28,817 nucleotides of DNA from Candidatus Tremblayella phenacoccinincola (lineage in GTDB: Bacteria > Pseudomonadota > Gammaproteobacteria > Burkholderiales > Burkholderiaceae). Positions 8,220 to 18,139 of the stretch are shown here, piece by piece. The stretch is taken from positions 1 to 28,817 of the forward strand of contig NZ_MKGN01000019.1 in assembly GCF_002682985.1 (NCBI RefSeq). The letters run 5' to 3'. The position numbers and the translations under genes are program-made. The notes beneath the pieces are model-generated. The model was given only the letters and a program-made list of their open reading frames with translations, did no database searches and was not told the DNA's origin. The first letter of the stretch is position 1; each line of letters opens with the position of its first letter.

Positions 8220-8525
8220 CTACCAGCTCGAAAGTGCAAGACCAGGTATTTCACCGTTAAAAGCAAGCTCTCTAATACACATTCTTGCAAGCCCAAAGCA
8301 CCTGAATACGCCTCTTGCACGACCTGTAACAAAACAACGGCTTCTTCTTCTTACATCGCTTGAGTCTCTTGGTAACTTATGAAGCTTTGTACGTATGGTT
8401 TGCTTTTCGACAGAATTAACTGTGGAGTTCCTAAGTAAGCTTTTTAGCAAACTACGATAAGCGAAGTGTTTTACTCTCAGCATAGCTCGTTTCTTTTCTC
8501 TTTCTATTACTGATGTTTTAGCCAT
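8220..8525 (-). CDS. rpsN: 30S ribosomal protein S14
   Basis: 101 aa. MAKTSVIEREKKR and RCFVTGRARGVFRCFGLARMCIRELAFNGEIPGLALSSW match long-form S14. Confidence 0.92.
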   Translation of the reverse strand: MAKTSVIEREKKRAMLRVKHFAYRSLLKSLLRNSTVNSVEKQTIRTKLHKLPRDSSDVRRRSRCFVTGRARGVFRCFGLARMCIRELAFNGEIPGLALSSW

Positions 8526-9114
8526 GAACGGTGTCCTTAAATGGAAAGTTAAAGAGGGTTAATAAGTGTTTTGCGCTTTCTTGGGACTTGGTCTTCGTTA
8601 CTATGCAGATGTTCATTCCGCTGTCTACGCTACCTTCGGCATAGTTGAATTCAGGGAAAGCCAGCTGTTCTAATATGCCTATGTTCAGGTTTCCATACGT
8701 ATCGAAGGACTTAGTTGGTATTCCTCTAAAGTCCCTTATTCTTGGTAATGTTATATTAACTAGCTTATCTAAGAAGTCAAACATCCGTTCATTTCTGATA
8801 GTTACCTTTAACCCGACTGGTTCACCTTGCTTAATCTTAAAGTTGGCAACAGCTTTAGAGGCCTTTGTAGTTACAGGCTTTTGTCCTGAGATATTGGATA
8901 AACTCTCTGATAGCTTTTCAACCTTTATCTTTTCAGTTCTAGCTTTTCCAAGACCCACAGTTAAAACAACTTTAACTAACCTAGGTAACTGCATATAAGA
9001 GGTGTTCATATAGAGCTTGGTCAAGATAGCTGTCTTTGAACCTAAGCGATGTATTTTAAGTCTGTAGTTGTAGTTCATGTTCTTCGATATGGCTTCTTGC
9101 TTTGGGTTTAGCAT
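8518..9114 (-). CDS. rplE: 50S ribosomal protein L5
   Basis: QLPRLVKVVLTVGLG, ISGQKPVTTKASKAVANFKIKQGEPVGLKVTIRNERMFDFLDKL and LPRIRDFRGI match L5. ATG 9112-9114 overlaps the rplN stop (TAATG). The alternative ATG at 9078 fits the E. coli length better. Confidence 0.9.
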   Translation of the reverse strand: MLNPKQEAISKNMNYNYRLKIHRLGSKTAILTKLYMNTSYMQLPRLVKVVLTVGLGKARTEKIKVEKLSESLSNISGQKPVTTKASKAVANFKIKQGEPVGLKVTIRNERMFDFLDKLVNITLPRIRDFRGIPTKSFDTYGNLNIGILEQLAFPEFNYAEGSVDSGMNICIVTKTKSQESAKHLLTLFNFPFKDTVHG

Positions 9115-9482
9115 TACAGAACCTCCTGTGCTAAAGAAGTTACTTTAACAAAGCTCAAGTCTTTAAGTTCTCTTGCCACAGGTCCAAATACTCTGCTTCC
9201 GATAGGTTCATATTTGCAGTTCAACAAGACAACAGAGTTATCATCAAACCTAATAGTTGAACCATCAGGTCTATATATACCCTTTTTTGTTCTAACAATC
9301 AGTGCACTGTGGACTTCTCCTTTTTTAATCTTTCCCTTTGGAACTGCTTCTTTAATACTTACTTTTATTATACATCCGATATTAGCATATCTTCGCTTTG
9401 AACCTCCCAATACTTTAATACAGACTACCGCTTTAGCACCTGAGTTATCAGCAACGTTCAATACAGATTCTGTTTGTATCAT
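9114..9482 (-). CDS. rplN: 50S ribosomal protein L14
   Basis: [36 protein letters not shown] matches the L14 N-terminus exactly. I trimmed the 145-aa track ORF to ATG 9480-9482, which lies 1 nt after the rpsQ stop. Confidence 0.93.
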   Translation of the reverse strand: MIQTESVLNVADNSGAKAVVCIKVLGGSKRRYANIGCIIKVSIKEAVPKGKIKKGEVHSALIVRTKKGIYRPDGSTIRFDDNSVVLLNCKYEPIGSRVFGPVARELKDLSFVKVTSLAQEVL

Positions 9483-9483
9483 C

Positions 9484-9729
9484 TTACTTGTAGCTGCTGT
9501 TAAAAGCAAACAATGCCGTCCAAGACTTAGTTTTAGAGATAGGCTTAACATTCGTTATATGTACTAGATCTCCAACTTTAAACAGGTTGTTTTCGTCATG
9601 TACTTGAAGTCTTTTCCTTTTGGATATATATTTATTGTACAGACTGTGTTTGTGTTTAGTGTTGGTTGTTACGGTAATGGTTTTGTTACTCTTTCTTGAA
9701 CTAACCACAGCTTTTATTGTATGTACCAT
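9484..9729 (-). CDS. rpsQ: 30S ribosomal protein S17
   Basis: 81 aa. [41 protein letters not shown] and PISKTKSW follow the S17 pattern. Correct position. Confidence 0.88.
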   Translation of the reverse strand: MVHTIKAVVSSRKSNKTITVTTNTKHKHSLYNKYISKRKRLQVHDENNLFKVGDLVHITNVKPISKTKSWTALFAFNSSYK

Positions 9730-9748
9730 ATTGAAGTTCCTTTTGAGA

Positions 9749-9946
9749 TTAGTGGGTTTGTGGACTTATTGTTAAACGACGTAATAAACTATTCAATAGC
9801 CTTATCCTAGTGATGGGACAGCCAGATGTTAATTGAGGATTAGCTTTATATACGTTGGTTCTGGAATTGGATGTTAACAGAAGATTCACTAGCATATTGA
9901 GTTCTTGCTTCAACGTACGTACACAGTAGAAAGCCTCTCCATCCAT
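9749..9946 (-). CDS. rpmC: 50S ribosomal protein L29 (very divergent)
   Basis: 65-aa ORF that exactly fills the rplP-rpsQ slot. ELNMLVNLL....(13)..QL keeps the same spacing as E. coli ELNTELLNLL...GQL. ATG follows the rplP TAG directly. Similarity is otherwise weak. Confidence 0.65.
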   Translation of the reverse strand: MDGEAFYCVRTLKQELNMLVNLLLTSNSRTNVYKANPQLTSGCPITRIRLLNSLLRRLTISPQTH

Positions 9947-10354
9947 CTAAACTCTACAAACAATCTTCGTTTTTAGAGACAGCTTAGCAGCCGCTAACAT
10001 TAATGCTTTCCTGGCTGCTAATGGTTCCGTACCGCTTACTTCATACAATATCTTTCCGGGCTGTGCTACAAATACATAGTGATCAGGACTTCCTTTACCA
10101 TTACCCATTCTAACTTCAGCAGGCTTTTTTGTAACAGGCTTATCAGGAAATACTCGGGTTAATACTTTACCTCCTCTCTTCAGGTGGTGTGTTATAGAAC
10201 GTCTTGCTGCTTCTATTTGTTTAGCTGTTAGTCTACCTCTTGATACTGTTTTCAACCCAAGCTCTCCAAATGAAACGTTTACTCCACTTTGAGCTATGCC
10301 TTTATTTCGACCCTTCTTGTCTTTACGGAACTTCCTTTTCCTAGGTTGTAACAT
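9947..10354 (-). CDS. rplP: 50S ribosomal protein L16
   Basis: [35 protein letters not shown] and [14 protein letters not shown] match L16. I trimmed the track ORF to ATG 10352-10354, which overlaps the rpsC 3' end by 14 nt. Confidence 0.92.
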   Translation of the reverse strand: MLQPRKRKFRKDKKGRNKGIAQSGVNVSFGELGLKTVSRGRLTAKQIEAARRSITHHLKRGGKVLTRVFPDKPVTKKPAEVRMGNGKGSPDHYVFVAQPGKILYEVSGTEPLAARKALMLAAAKLSLKTKIVCRV

Positions 10355-10988
10355 AAGAACATTCCTTAAGGCTACCTTTGTATATCCATACCTTAACACC
10401 AATAGAACCGTAAGTAGTTTTGGCTTTGGACGTTGCATAATCAATATCAGCGTTCAGAGTCTGAAGCGGTATTTTACCTTCCTTATACCACTCTTTACGC
10501 GCTATTTCAGCGCCACCTAAACGACCAGCGCACATTACTTTTATACCTAGCGCACCTTGTCGTATGGCTCCACTAACAACTCGTTTAATGATCCGTTTAA
10601 CTGATACTCTTTTCTCTAGCTGTTCAGATATGTTTTCAGCAACTAACCTAGCATCCAAGTCTGGCTTTGATATTTCTTCTACTGATATATTTACTGGGGT
10701 TTGCGCCAGGAGTTTAGCCTCTGTCTTTAAAGCATCAATATCCCCTCCTTTCTTACCAATAATAGTACCAGGCTTCGAACTATGTACAACTATCTTTATG
10801 AGCTTAGGAGTTCTTTCAATCATGACTCTCCCTACAGCTGTTCTCCTAAGCTTATCTTTTAAGATACGTCTTAACTTAATGTCCTCCTTTAGAAAGACTG
10901 GGAAAGAATATCTGTTTGCGAACCATCTGGAGTTCCAATCAAACCTAGCACACACCCTAAAAACGTTAGGATTAACCTTTTGTCCCAT
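10341..10988 (-). CDS. rpsC: 30S ribosomal protein S3
   Basis: 215 aa. [12 protein letters not shown], the KH-domain region and [31 protein letters not shown] are S3 signatures. Confidence 0.93.
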   Translation of the reverse strand: MGQKVNPNVFRVCARFDWNSRWFANRYSFPVFLKEDIKLRRILKDKLRRTAVGRVMIERTPKLIKIVVHSSKPGTIIGKKGGDIDALKTEAKLLAQTPVNISVEEISKPDLDARLVAENISEQLEKRVSVKRIIKRVVSGAIRQGALGIKVMCAGRLGGAEIARKEWYKEGKIPLQTLNADIDYATSKAKTTYGSIGVKVWIYKGSLKECSYVTT

Positions 10989-10994
10989 ATAGTA

Positions 10995-11333
10995 TCAGCT
11001 AACCTCAATTATAATAGAAACATGGCAGCTTTGCTTTTCTAAGTAGTTTACTCTGCCTTTGGCACGAGGACTGGGTTTTAGTCTGGAAGAGGCTTTATCA
11101 ACATTAATAGCTTTAATCTTCAGGTTTGTAACGTTGGTGCTGTGGATGTACACTATGTTCTGAACTGCAGATTGAATCAACCTCTTAAGTAAACAGGCAG
11201 CCTTCCTTTTGTGAAAAGATAATATATCTGTGGCCTTGGAAGCTGACACATTGTTGAGACCTCTGCTTAATGACCTAACCTTTTGAGCTGACATTTGGAT
11301 ACATCTGTATATTACCTTTGTATTCATACTCAT
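10995..11333 (-). CDS. rplV: 50S ribosomal protein L22
   Basis: 112 aa. MSAQKVRSLSRGL, ATDILSF..RKAA and PRAKGRVNYLEKQSCHVSIII match L22 (E. coli [34 protein letters not shown]). Confidence 0.9.
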   Translation of the reverse strand: MSMNTKVIYRCIQMSAQKVRSLSRGLNNVSASKATDILSFHKRKAACLLKRLIQSAVQNIVYIHSTNVTNLKIKAINVDKASSRLKPSPRAKGRVNYLEKQSCHVSIIIEVS

Positions 11334-11373
11334 AGCTATTATTGGGGGTTGGAATTAAAGGACATTGTTTCCG

Positions 11374-11676
11374 TTACTTTTTCAACCTATCATGTCTCTC
11401 CTTAGTTCTTGGTTGCTTTTCCTTAGAATGTCCGTGAAAGACTCGTGTTGGCGCAAACTCTCCTAGCTTATGGCCAACCATTTCTTCAAGTATATGTATA
11501 GGCATATGTAGCTTACCGTTGTGGACAAGAACAGTTAAACCAACGAGATCAGGAATAACTACAGATTGTCTAGACCAGGTTTTAATCCTTTCTTTTAAAC
11601 TAAGCTTTAAGACTCGACTAACTCTATTTAGAAGCGAAGGTGAACAGAATGGTCCCTTGGATATCGAACGAGCCAT
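11374..11676 (-). CDS. rpsS: 30S ribosomal protein S19
   Basis: 100 aa. MARSISKGPF, IKTWSRQSVVIPDLVGLTVLVHNGK and MVGHKLGEFAPTRVFHGH match S19. Confidence 0.93.
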   Translation of the reverse strand: MARSISKGPFCSPSLLNRVSRVLKLSLKERIKTWSRQSVVIPDLVGLTVLVHNGKLHMPIHILEEMVGHKLGEFAPTRVFHGHSKEKQPRTKERHDRLKK

Positions 11677-11677
11677 A

Positions 11678-12433
11678 TTACCTCCTTTTGTTTATGATAT
11701 ACGAGTCAGACTGCTTGTTGTTTCTAGTTTTAAAGCCTTTAGTTGGGGTACCCCAAGGACTTACAGGATGTCGTCCAGAGGTGGTTTTACCTTCACCACC
11801 ACCATGAGGATGGTCAATTGGATTCATTGCTACGCCTCGAACAGTTGGTCTTATTCCCAACCACCTTCTCTTACCTGCCTTATCAAGCCTAGATAAGCTG
11901 TGTTTAATATTACCTACGATACCAACGGTTGCTCGACACTCCTTGTTTATTAGCCTCACTTCTCCAGACATTAACCTAACCTGTGTGTAATGACTAGCGT
12001 TTGATATAATAGTCGCATATGAACCAGCTGCTCTAGAAAGCTTTGCACCATTAGCTGGCACTAACTCGATACAATGCACGTTTGTTCCCGAATATATGAG
12101 ACCGACTGACAAGCTGTTACCAATCTGAGATGGTACGCTTCTACCAGAAACAATAACAGACCCAATGGGTAATCTGTTTGGGGCAATGATGTAGCGCCTT
12201 TCTCCATCTGCGTATAGAACTAAAACTATGTTAGCACTTCTGTTGGGATCGTATTCATTCTTTTCTACCTTCCCTAAAATGTAGTCTTTGTTTCTATAGA
12301 AGTCTATTGTTCTATAGAGTCTTTTGTGACCGCAGCCTCTGTGTCTGACTGTGATCGTACCAATGTTATTACGACCTGAGCTCTTTCTTTCCGTTCTTAG
12401 GAGCATTGGGTAAGGACTGTTCTTGATTAGCAT
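11678..12433 (-). CDS. rplB: 50S ribosomal protein L2 (N-terminus about 20 aa shorter than E. coli)
   Basis: 251 aa. [51 protein letters not shown] and [23 protein letters not shown] match L2. Confidence 0.93.
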   Translation of the reverse strand: MLIKNSPYPMLLRTERKSSGRNNIGTITVRHRGCGHKRLYRTIDFYRNKDYILGKVEKNEYDPNRSANIVLVLYADGERRYIIAPNRLPIGSVIVSGRSVPSQIGNSLSVGLIYSGTNVHCIELVPANGAKLSRAAGSYATIISNASHYTQVRLMSGEVRLINKECRATVGIVGNIKHSLSRLDKAGKRRWLGIRPTVRGVAMNPIDHPHGGGEGKTTSGRHPVSPWGTPTKGFKTRNNKQSDSYIINKRR

Positions 12434-12717
12434 ACATAGGCTCTTGGTAAGATGTTAGTTAAACGAACGTATGTCTTCTTCAATAGCTTTTCCCTTAAGA
12501 GCTTTTGTTGTGTGGGTTTGTTCTTAAGTAACCGTTTGTGAGAAGGCACTTTAAGCGAACTGATACTGACATGTATAGGACCGAGTATTAGATGTAGTGC
12601 TTCTTTAAGCTTATGGTTGGAAACTCCTTTGCTAACTTCAAGTACAATGTAGTTACTGCTTAATTTAGACGTAAGCAATCGGTTCTTTATTATTGTGTAT
12701 TGGTTGGGGCTTTTCAT
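12427..12717 (-). CDS. rplW: 50S ribosomal protein L23
   Basis: About 96 aa in the rplD-rplB slot. The pattern I..LLTSK......IVLEV....N...LKEAL resembles L23 but is divergent. The ORF-track start at 12720 is TTG. ATG 12715-12717 overlaps the rplD TGA (TGATG). Confidence 0.8.
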   Translation of the reverse strand: MKSPNQYTIIKNRLLTSKLSSNYIVLEVSKGVSNHKLKEALHLILGPIHVSISSLKVPSHKRLLKNKPTQQKLLREKLLKKTYVRLTNILPRAYVC

Positions 12718-13364
12718 CAAAGAGATTCCTGAAGCTTGAGGATGCCTTTTAAAGTAAAGAAGGCTTTGTTGAACAGAAGTAGATTGTATGGGTTAACTTC
12801 AGCATACGACATAGTTGAAACTCCTCTGACATTCCGAAGGACTAAGTACATTTCAACATTCATTTCTGTCTTTTCAACAACGATTAATACTGGCCTTGGT
12901 GGCCTCTGTATAGCTATATTCATATACATATTCGAGGTTAGGGTTAATCTTGTTTTAGTTGAAAGGACTAATACTTCATTTACAATGAATAGCTTATCTT
13001 TTGTCACGAAGTCAGAGAGTATGTATTGTAGTGCTTTCTTGTATGCTTTCTTGTTAATCTTAACTGAATATCTTTTGTACAAGGAACATGGAAAGGCTCT
13101 ACCTCCACCTCTCCATATAGGACTAGAGGACATACCCGCTCTTGCGCGTCCTGAACCTTTTTGGACCCAAGGTTTCCTGGTACTGTGTTTCACGCTGGAT
13201 CTACTTTTCTGAACACTTTGAGCTATTCTTGAGTTAGACCGATATGAGGTTGTTACTTGGTGTATTAACGTATTGTTTGGTTTTAAAGCAAATATAGAAT
13301 CACTTAAAGACACAGAACCAACATAGCTTATTCCACTTTCAAAGGATAATATGTTTAACCTCAT
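12717..13364 (-). CDS. rplD: 50S ribosomal protein L4
   Basis: About 215 aa. KPWVQKGSGRARAGMSSSPIWRGGGRAFP is the L4 signature (E. coli [28 protein letters not shown]). ATG 13362-13364 overlaps the rplC TGA. The track start at 13367 is GTG. Confidence 0.9.
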   Translation of the reverse strand: MRLNILSFESGISYVGSVSLSDSIFALKPNNTLIHQVTTSYRSNSRIAQSVQKSRSSVKHSTRKPWVQKGSGRARAGMSSSPIWRGGGRAFPCSLYKRYSVKINKKAYKKALQYILSDFVTKDKLFIVNEVLVLSTKTRLTLTSNMYMNIAIQRPPRPVLIVVEKTEMNVEMYLVLRNVRGVSTMSYAEVNPYNLLLFNKAFFTLKGILKLQESL

Positions 13365-13993
13365 CACACCAACCTCATTGAAAGACTGCTACCTTTGAAA
13401 CCTGGGACAGCACCCTTCACTAGAACAAACCCTAGGACTCTAGATACATAACAGATTTCTAAGCTTTTAACGGTAACTAAGCATGTGCCCAAATGACCTG
13501 CCATCTTTTTCCTTTTAAATACTTTACCCGGACTTTGGTTCATTCCTGTAGAGCCTGGGACATTATGTGATTTAGAGTTTCCATGTGTCGCTCTACCAGA
13601 GTTGAAGCTATATCGTTTAATCGTTCCAGCAAACCCTTTACCAATGCAGCGTCCTTTAACAGCTACCTTTCTGCCAACGTACAATACTTTACTCAGTGGG
13701 TGCTCTTCATTGTTAAACAAGCACAAGCTCTTACATATCTCTTTGAGAGGATTAGATTCTTTTAAGGTGGTTCCTAAGCTGTAATTGTATTTTATGTATT
13801 GTCCTAACTGAGCTCTATTCAGACTAGGTTTTGAACGTGAAGAGAATATGAGATGTGTCTTCTGTTCATATGGGTTTCTTTGAGATAGAGCATTACCTGA
13901 AGTGTTTAATATTGATACTGGAACAACTTTACCGTCTTTTTTAAATATACGAGTCATACCTAACTTAATACAGGTCAAATACAGAGCATCCAT
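13364..13993 (-). CDS. rplC: 50S ribosomal protein L3
   Basis: GMTRIFKKDGKVVPVSIL, GKGFAGTIKRYSFNSGRATHGNSKSHNVPGSTGMNQSPGKVFKRKKMAGHLG and LVKGAVPG match L3. ATG 13991-13993 gives the E. coli-like N-terminal length. The track start at 14020 is GTG and would overlap rpsJ. Confidence 0.92.
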   Translation of the reverse strand: MDALYLTCIKLGMTRIFKKDGKVVPVSILNTSGNALSQRNPYEQKTHLIFSSRSKPSLNRAQLGQYIKYNYSLGTTLKESNPLKEICKSLCLFNNEEHPLSKVLYVGRKVAVKGRCIGKGFAGTIKRYSFNSGRATHGNSKSHNVPGSTGMNQSPGKVFKRKKMAGHLGTCLVTVKSLEICYVSRVLGFVLVKGAVPGFKGSSLSMRLV

Positions 13994-14006
13994 AGGTTTA
14001 CCAAGG

Positions 14007-14333
14007 TTAGAGATTAACACTAATATGCAGTTCAGCGGGTATATCCATTCTCATCAAAAGCTCAACCGTATTTATGGTTGGATGTGTTATCAAAAGCAAT
14101 CTCTTGTGGGTTCGTATTTCTAGTTGGTCTCTTGCTTTTTTATCGATATGCGGAGACCTAAGAACAGTAATCTTTTGTACTTTCCTAGGAAGTGGAATCG
14201 GTCCGTTTAGATGTGAACCAGTCTTTACGACCATATTAACAACTTGTTTTATAAACCTACATATAAGATTCCGATTAAATGACTTAACCTTTATTCTAAT
14301 CATACTAGGAAGCATCCCAACCCCAATGTTCAT
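14007..14333 (-). CDS. rpsJ: 30S ribosomal protein S10
   Basis: IRIKVKSFNRNLI, GPIPLPRKVQKITVLRSPHIDKKARDQLEIRTHKRLL match S10. There are three in-frame ATGs (14333, 14315, 14303). ATG 14315 matches the E. coli length, and ATG 14333 abuts the tuf stop (TAAATG). Confidence 0.92.
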   Translation of the reverse strand: MNIGVGMLPSMIRIKVKSFNRNLICRFIKQVVNMVVKTGSHLNGPIPLPRKVQKITVLRSPHIDKKARDQLEIRTHKRLLLITHPTINTVELLMRMDIPAELHISVNL

Positions 14334-15524
14334 TTACTTTATGATTCTTGTAACTAAGCCTGCCCCAATTGTTTTACCGCCTTCTCTAACTGCAAAACGG
14401 AGCCCTTCCTCCATTGCAATAGGGACAATAAGAGAAACAGATATGTGGACGTTATCTCCTGGCATTACCATTTCAACACCATCTGGAAGTTCTATAGAGC
14501 CAGTAACATCAGTGGTTCGGAAATAGAATTGAGGCCTGTAGTTACTATAAAACGGTGTGTGTCTCCCTCCTTCGCCTTTATTTAATATGTACACTTCAGC
14601 TGAAAAGTTAATGTGAGGAGTTATCGTTCCTGGTTTAGATAACACTTGTCCTCGTTCTACATCTTCACGTTTAACGCCTCTGAGTAAGATACCAACATTA
14701 TCCCCTGCTTGTCCTAGGTCTAATAACTTTCTAAACATCTCAACACCAGTACATATAGTTTTTACCGTGCTTCTTAGTCCAACTATTTCTACTTCTTCTC
14801 CAGGTTTAACTGTGCCTCTTTCCACTCTACCAGTCACAACCGTACCTCGGCCAGATATAGAGAAAACATCTTCTACTGGCATTAGGAATGGTTTGTCAAT
14901 TGGTCTTTTAGGTTCTGGAATATACCCATCCAATGCTTCAGCAAGCTTCAGTATGGAACCTTCTCCTAAAGCTCCTTTGTCTCCATCCAATGCTAACTTA
15001 GCAGAACCTCTGATAATAGGGACTGTTTCACCTGGAAACCCGTATTTTGACAATAGCTCTCTAACTTCCATTTCCACTAGTTCCAACAGTTCTTCATCAG
15101 AAACGGTATCACATTTGTTTAGATATACAATGATGTGAGGTACTCCTACTTGTCTAGCTAAAAGGACATGCTCTCTTGTTTGAGGCATCGGTCCATCAGC
15201 TGCGGAACATACAAGAACTGCCCCATCCATTTGAGCAGCTCCAGTGATCATGTTCTTTATGTAGTCAGCGTGACCTGGACAATCAACATGTGCATAGTGT
15301 CTGTGTTTAGTTTCATATTCAATATGTGCAGTATTAATTGTAATTCCTCTGGATCGTTCTTCAGGGGCTGCGTCTATATCTTCGTATCTCTTTATTTCCC
15401 CACCGAACTTAGAGGACAAAACGGTTGTTATTGCAGCTGTTAGAGTAGTTTTACCATGATCTACGTGCCCAATAGTACCAACATTAATATGTACTTTCTT
15501 CCTTTCGTATTTGGGTTTAGCCAT
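14334..15524 (-). CDS. tuf: Elongation factor Tu
   Basis: 396 aa. G-motifs [17 protein letters not shown] and NKCD are present. The protein is near-identical over long stretches to betaproteobacterial EF-Tu as I recall it ([45 protein letters not shown]). Confidence 0.98.
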   Translation of the reverse strand: MAKPKYERKKVHINVGTIGHVDHGKTTLTAAITTVLSSKFGGEIKRYEDIDAAPEERSRGITINTAHIEYETKHRHYAHVDCPGHADYIKNMITGAAQMDGAVLVCSAADGPMPQTREHVLLARQVGVPHIIVYLNKCDTVSDEELLELVEMEVRELLSKYGFPGETVPIIRGSAKLALDGDKGALGEGSILKLAEALDGYIPEPKRPIDKPFLMPVEDVFSISGRGTVVTGRVERGTVKPGEEVEIVGLRSTVKTICTGVEMFRKLLDLGQAGDNVGILLRGVKREDVERGQVLSKPGTITPHINFSAEVYILNKGEGGRHTPFYSNYRPQFYFRTTDVTGSIELPDGVEMVMPGDNVHISVSLIVPIAMEEGLRFAVREGGKTIGAGLVTRIIK

Positions 15525-15529
15525 GTTAG

Positions 15530-17647
15530 TTAAAAGTTAAGGGTTTTAAGGTTAAGCCTCTCAAGCATATCTTTTTTCACTTCATTATAACGGTTAAACT
15601 TCATTGAGTATGTTGCACGTCCTTGGGTCATTGATCTTAAGGCTGTTGAATAGCCAAACATTGAGGACAATGGAACTTCAGACTTAACTACCTTTATATT
15701 ATAGCTGGTTTCACTAGCGGACTGAACTAGACCCCTTCGTGCCAATATGTCCCCTACAATGCTTCCAAGATATTCTTCAGGTGTTTCGATATCTACCATC
15801 ATTATTGGTTCTAGTAGAACTGGGTTACAACTAAGTAAGGCCTTTTTACTCGCAATAGCACCTGCCATTCTAAATGCGTGTTCACTTGAATCAACATCAT
15901 GGTAAGAACCAAACACAAGAGAGGCTTTTACGTCTATGACTTGATAACCAGAAACGATTCCAGCTCTTAGTGTGTCTTGGATTCCTTTACTGACTGATGC
16001 TATGTATTCTTTAGGTATAGCTCCGCCTTTAATCTGGTCTTGGAATACATAGCCTTTGTTCTTATTCGGTTCGACAATGACTACCACATGCCCATACTGA
16101 CCTCTACCTCCTGTTTGCTTAATAAACTTACCTTCGATCTTACCGCTTTTGGTTTTAATTGTTTCTTTGTATGAGACTTGAGGTTTTCCTACTTTAACAG
16201 ACAAACCAAACTCTCGTTTCATGCGTTCAACTAATATTTCCAAATGTAGTTCTCCCATACCTGCTATTATTGTTTGGCCTGACTCCTTCTCGGTATATGT
16301 TTTGAAGGATGGATCTTCTAGTGTTAAGCGACTTAAAGTGGTTCCTAGCTTCTCCTGGTCGCTTTTTGTGTTGGGCTCTATTGCTTGTGATATTACTGGA
16401 GTTGGAACATCTATTTGCTCTAAGACTATAGGGTTGGCTAGGTCACTGAGAGTGTCGCCTGTGGATGCAGCTTTTAACCCAACTACAGCTGCAATGTCAC
16501 CAGTCCTAAGTTCAGATATGTCTTCTCTAGAGTTAGCATGCATTTGAAGTATCCTTCCGATTCTTTCCTTTTTGTTCTTGGAAGCGTTTAACACTGTTTC
16601 TCCTGTCCTAGCTCTACCAGAATACACCCTCAGGAATACCAACAGTCCAACAAAAGGATCAGCCATTATTTTAAATACAATGGCTAAGAAGCCTTCTTCA
16701 TCTGATGCCGTTCTACTAACCATTCCTTTACCAATAGAAGATTCTCCTGTAATTGGGGGTATCTCTAAAGGAGACGGTAAGTAGTCAATAACTGCGTCTA
16801 GTAGCATTTGGATTCCTTTGTTTTTGAAAGCACTCCCACACAGCATTGGTTGAGCTTGTCCACTGATGGTTTGTTTTCTTAACAATGATTTAACTTCTTC
16901 ATTGTTTATGCTATTACTGTGTATATCGCCATATAGATACCTTTCTAAAAAGCTTTCATCGTATTCTGCTATTGATTCAATCAGGCTCTTACGCCACTCT
17001 TCAGCATACTTTCGAGACTTCTCTGGTATTTCTTTGTATTCGTACTTTACGCCTTTTGAAGCATCATCCCAAACGACTGCTCTCATATGTATTAAATCTA
17101 TTAGGCCTATATACTGACATCCATTGTACAATGGGAGTGTGACTGGAACTGGATTAGCTTTTAGTTTTGTTTTAAGCTGTTGGCATACGTTGTTAAAGCT
17201 TGCACCCTGTCTATCCATCTTGTTAACAAAGCAAACCCGAGGAATCTTATGTTTTACTGCCTGACGCCATACTGTTTCAGACTGAGGTTGAACACCACCT
17301 ACTCCACAATAAACCATACACACACCATCAAGCACTCGCATTGAGCGTTCAACTTCGATAGTGAAGTCTACATGTCCTGGGGTGTCAATGATGTTAATTC
17401 GATGCAGCTCTTTGCGTCCTGACATCCCAGACCAGAAAGTGGTAGTGGCTGCTGAGGTAATAGTTATGCCTCGCTCTTGTTCTTGTTCCATCCAGTCCAT
17501 AGTAGCGGTACCTTCGTGAACTTCTCCGAGCTTATGGTTAACACCTGTATAATATAATATCCGTTCAGTAGTGGTGGTTTTACCAGCGTCAATATGTGCG
17601 CTGATGCCTATGTTTCTACAATGAGAGACTGGTGTATTTCTAGACAT
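15530..17647 (-). CDS. fusA: Elongation factor G
   Basis: 705 aa. [45 protein letters not shown] and GELHLEI are EF-G signatures. Correct position in the str operon. Confidence 0.97.
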   Translation of the reverse strand: MSRNTPVSHCRNIGISAHIDAGKTTTTERILYYTGVNHKLGEVHEGTATMDWMEQEQERGITITSAATTTFWSGMSGRKELHRINIIDTPGHVDFTIEVERSMRVLDGVCMVYCGVGGVQPQSETVWRQAVKHKIPRVCFVNKMDRQGASFNNVCQQLKTKLKANPVPVTLPLYNGCQYIGLIDLIHMRAVVWDDASKGVKYEYKEIPEKSRKYAEEWRKSLIESIAEYDESFLERYLYGDIHSNSINNEEVKSLLRKQTISGQAQPMLCGSAFKNKGIQMLLDAVIDYLPSPLEIPPITGESSIGKGMVSRTASDEEGFLAIVFKIMADPFVGLLVFLRVYSGRARTGETVLNASKNKKERIGRILQMHANSREDISELRTGDIAAVVGLKAASTGDTLSDLANPIVLEQIDVPTPVISQAIEPNTKSDQEKLGTTLSRLTLEDPSFKTYTEKESGQTIIAGMGELHLEILVERMKREFGLSVKVGKPQVSYKETIKTKSGKIEGKFIKQTGGRGQYGHVVVIVEPNKNKGYVFQDQIKGGAIPKEYIASVSKGIQDTLRAGIVSGYQVIDVKASLVFGSYHDVDSSEHAFRMAGAIASKKALLSCNPVLLEPIMMVDIETPEEYLGSIVGDILARRGLVQSASETSYNIKVVKSEVPLSSMFGYSTALRSMTQGRATYSMKFNRYNEVKKDMLERLNLKTLNF

Positions 17648-17654
17648 CTAACTG

Positions 17655-18122
17655 CTAGAACTTAAAATGACTGAAGGCCTTGTTGACTTCTGCTAGCTTA
17701 TGCATTTCATCTCGGTATTTTATAGCAGTACCTTTTTTGGTTAGTGCGTCCATTAGTTCCTTGTATAGCTTTAAACTCATTGTTTTTTCACTCCGAATGG
17801 TAGATGCTGTTTTAAGCCATCGTAAAGCCAAAGTGGTTCTTCTGGTGTGTTTAACTTCTACTGGAATGCGATAGTTAGCACCCCCAACTCTTTTACTTTT
17901 AACTTCAACTAATGGCTTAATGTTTTCTAAAGCTTGAAGGAAGACCTCTAGAGACCTTTCCTGATTTGAATGTATCATGCTTAAGACTGAATAAACTATG
18001 TTCTCTGCTTTCGTCTTTTCCCCAGACTTCATTAACACATTTATGAGCTTTGAAACTTCTAAGCTTCTATATTTATAGTCTGTGCAGGAATGAGCTTTAT
18101 ATGTTTTCTTTTTTCTAGACAT
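17655..18122 (-). CDS. rpsG: 30S ribosomal protein S7
   Basis: MSRKKK...LINVLMKSGEKTKAE, VEVKSKRVGGANYRIPVEV and LALRWL match S7. ATG at 18120-18122. The ORF-track start at 18128 is TTG. Confidence 0.92.
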   Translation of the reverse strand: MSRKKKTYKAHSCTDYKYRSLEVSKLINVLMKSGEKTKAENIVYSVLSMIHSNQERSLEVFLQALENIKPLVEVKSKRVGGANYRIPVEVKHTRRTTLALRWLKTASTIRSEKTMSLKLYKELMDALTKKGTAIKYRDEMHKLAEVNKAFSHFKF

Positions 18123-18139
18123 GTTCAATGGTTATCTGG

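Noticed and set aside
8060-8332. A 90-aa minus-strand ORF spanning the rpsH/rpsN junction in another frame.
   Set aside because: It overlaps two confidently identified ribosomal protein genes out of frame and has no family resemblance.
9483-9551. N-terminal extensions in the ORF track: 23 aa on rplN, 30 aa on rplP (10355-10444), and shorter ones on rplC, rplD, rplW, rpsG and infA.
   Set aside because: The conserved protein N-termini begin at internal ATGs placed just after the upstream gene's stop. Most of the extensions start at GTG or TTG, and all run through the upstream gene's coding sequence.
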